Made by a program: the position numbers and the translations under genes
The notes under the pieces: model-generated
The model's input: only the letters and a program-made list of their open reading frames with translations
Databases searched by the model: none
Told to the model about the DNA's origin: nothing
Assembly: GCF_963921235.1 (NCBI RefSeq)
Contig: NC_086107.1
Location: forward strand, 110,734,001-110,798,000
Direction: 5' to 3'
Length of the DNA: 64,000 nt
DNA from: Mobula hypostoma
Lineage: Eukaryota
Shown: piece by piece, positions 61,490 to 64,000 of the stretch
How positions within the stretch are numbered: the stretch's first letter is position 1
How the letters are laid out: every line of letters starts with the position of its first letter

Positions 61490-62039
61490 TTGTATCAATT
61501 CATAATTGAAGTCAGAATAACTGATGCCAAGGTTAAGGAAGGCATTTTTGTTGGTCCACAAATCAAACAGGTCATCAATGACAAGCAATCTGAAGAACTT
61601 CTAGTGGGACCAGATAAAATTTCATGAGGGCATTCAAGGACGCTGTTGAAAATTCTCTTGACAACTACAGAGCACCAAACTACATGCAGCTGGTTGACAA
61701 CATGCTTCAAGTATACAAAACTATGAAGTGCAACAAGTCACTGAAGATTCATTTTCTGCATTCTCATTTAGACTTCTTCCCTGCAAATCTTGTCGATGTC
61801 AGTGACGAGCATGGTGAAATGTTTCAGGGCAACTGGAATCCATCAATGCTGGCTGATTATTGTTGGACACTGAAGTGAGAAGCCTCAGACACTGAGTACA
61901 AATGAAAATCATCAACAAAACATTTTTTGCTGAGTTGAACTATTGCAAAGCATCAGCACCATTATTTGTTCAAGCAGTCTATCATAAACAAAAAGAATTC
62001 TGTGGAAGCTACACTTTTGAAAAAATTTGTTGTCCGGTG
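61490..62039 (+). mobile_element. Chapaev3-like (CMC) DNA transposase C-terminal remnant with 3' terminus
   Basis: DAKVKEGIFVGPQIK...SLKIHFLHSHLDFFPANLVDVSDEHGE...MLADYCWTLK; terminus 'aaatttgttgtccggtg' (CAC-type end). Confidence 0.7.
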
Positions 62040-62424
62040 TAGTCTACAACATGTCACAGATGCCAAGGTTGTGCTTACCAGGCCTGTCTTGAGCTACATA
62101 CACAAAGTTCCAGCAGGTCAGGCAGCATCAATGGAGGGGAATGAACAGTCAGGCTGAGACCCTTCCTCAGGACTGGAAAGCAATGGGGCAGAAGCCAGAA
62201 TTGGAAGCGTGGGGGACACTTGCGGGCTGCCCCCTGAACATGCTGGTCATTGTGCAGACGATGCATTTCACTGTATGTTTTGATGTTTCCGTGTGCATGT
62301 GATAAATAAAGCTAATCTTAAAGCTGTAATCTTTAAATGTTGTCTTCTTAAGGAAGCTCCTCAGATGGGTAGTATTGATGGTGTGGAGGGATGTGTTGGG
62401 CTGAGCTCGCTACTCTGTGCCAGA

Positions 62425-62760
62425 TAAGCACAAGAGATTCTGTGGCTGTTGGAAATCCGAAGTCACACACACAACGTGCTGGAGGAACTCTGCAGGTCAG
62501 GCAACAACAATGAAGGGGACTAAACAGTTGACAATTCAGGCTGAGACCCTTCTTCAGCACTGGAAAGGAAGAGGTGGGGAAAGGAGAAGGGGAGGAGGAG
62601 AAGTACAAGCTGGCACGTGATGAAGGACCTCAGCCCGTAATGTCCTCGGTTGCACTGTTTATTCCTCTCCATAGGTGCTGCCTGACCTGCTGAGTGACTC
62701 CAGCATTTTGTGCGTGTGTCTATTGCTCATATTTTCGAGCATCTGTCAAATCTCACGTGT
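62425..62760. mobile_element. Inverted-arm PLE pLTR remnant with two degenerate hammerheads
   Basis: Minus arm 62425-62565 and plus arm 62618-62760. Confidence 0.65.
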
Positions 62761-62989
62761 CTGTATCAAAGGCAATAACCATCCCTGGATAACAGACGGC
62801 TTCTGTTTTCACAGATGTCCTTAAGTCAACTTTGTCCATTCAGAAAATACACAAAAGCCACTTGATATGGTAACCACACCTCCACAGTTTTGTGATGAAT
62901 GGATTTAGTGAGAGAGAGAGAGAAAGAGAGAGAGGGAGAGGGAAAAAGGGAAGAGGGATCGAGATGGAGGGGAAAAGAGAGAGAGAGGG

Positions 62990-63925
62990 ACCCTTCATCA
63001 AGACTGGAAAGGAAGGGGGAAGAAGTCAGAATATGAAGGTAGGGGAGGGGAAGGCGCACAAGATGGCAGGTGATAGATGAAACCAGGTGAGAGGGGAAGC
63101 AGATGGGTGGAGGAAGGAGGATGAAATAAGAAGCCAGGTGATGATTGGTGGAAATGGTAAAGGGCTGAAGAAGAGGGAATCTGATAGGAGAGGAGAGTGG
63201 ACCATGGGAGAAAGGGAAGAAGGTGGTGGGCAGGTGAGAAAAAGACAAGGGTTAAGAGTCTGAATGAGGAATGGAGATGGAGAGGAGGGAGAGAAAGCAC
63301 TGGAAAAGAAATAAATGTTCATGCCATCAGGTTTGGAGATAAGCCAGCCGTGAGGTGGTGATCCTCCGACCGAGAGTGGCCTCATTGTGGCAGTGGAGGA
63401 GGCTATGGACTGACATGTTGGAATAGGATTGGGGACTGGAATTAAAATGCCTGGCCGCCGGGAAATCCTACTTGTGTGTCTCAACAATGTGGTCCCCCAA
63501 TCTGGAGTCGGGTCTCACTGATGTGGAGGAGGGCGCACCTCGAACACCGGATGCAACAGGCAACTCCCACGGACTCACAGAGGAAGTGATGCCGCTCCTG
63601 GAAGGATTGCCTGGGGCCCTGAATGTTGGTGAGGGACGAGGTGAGTGGGCAAGTGTAGCACTTCTTCCGCTTGCAGGGATAAGCACTGGGGAGGGGGGAG
63701 ATCAGTGGGGAGGGGTGAACGGGCAGGGAATCATGAGGGAAGCGATCCCTGTGGAAAGCAGAGAGTGGGGTGAGGTGAAGATATGTTTGGGGGTAGGAAC
63801 CCACTGAAGATGGTGGGTGTTGTGGAGAATGATGTGCTGGATGCAGAGGCCCATGAGATGGTAGCTAAGGACAAGAGAAACTCTATCACTGTTAAGGCGT
63901 GGGGAAAATGAGGCAAAGCCATCTT
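62990..63925 (-). mobile_element. Decayed Neptune-type PLE (RT end, Cys linker, GIY-YIG, pLTR)
   Basis: DRVSLVLSYH..IQHIILHN..; YPCKRKKCYTCPLTSSLTNIQGPRQSFQERHHFLCESVGVACCIRCSRCALLHISETR. Confidence 0.85.
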
Positions 63926-64000
63926 CTCTCTCCCATCTTCCCCTCACTGCATAAATTTCCTCCAGGCACTCTGGTTTAGATTAGATTAGATTATGAGGAC

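Overview
Vertebrate non-coding DNA, either intronic or intergenic, made almost entirely of nested transposon relics. The repeat set (HE1-like V-SINEs, HER1/CR1 LINEs, Rex1-type and RTE LINEs, Penelope-like elements, Tc1/pogo/hAT/Chapaev-type DNA elements, one solo LTR) suggests a cartilaginous fish, probably a ray; this is inference. I recognise no host protein-coding exon, and every interpretable long ORF is a retroelement or transposase fragment. The most notable signal is a Penelope-like (GIY-YIG) family whose pseudo-LTR carries a minimal type I hammerhead ribozyme, consensus AGTC-CTGACGA-A-GGGT-CTCG-GCCC-GAAA-CGTC-GACT. It occurs in about 15 intact to degenerate copies. Several copies are short (~150-230 bp) non-coding fold-back insertions, each bounded by its own 10-15 bp target-site duplication (TSD). 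Other oddities are a 283-bp templated local duplication, an exact 129-bp triplication, a composite tRNA/CORE/RTE SINE, Tc1 ends with three ITR copies, and a CpG-retaining zone at about 53.7-59.2 kb. Family names come from motif recognition by eye, and most element boundaries are approximate.
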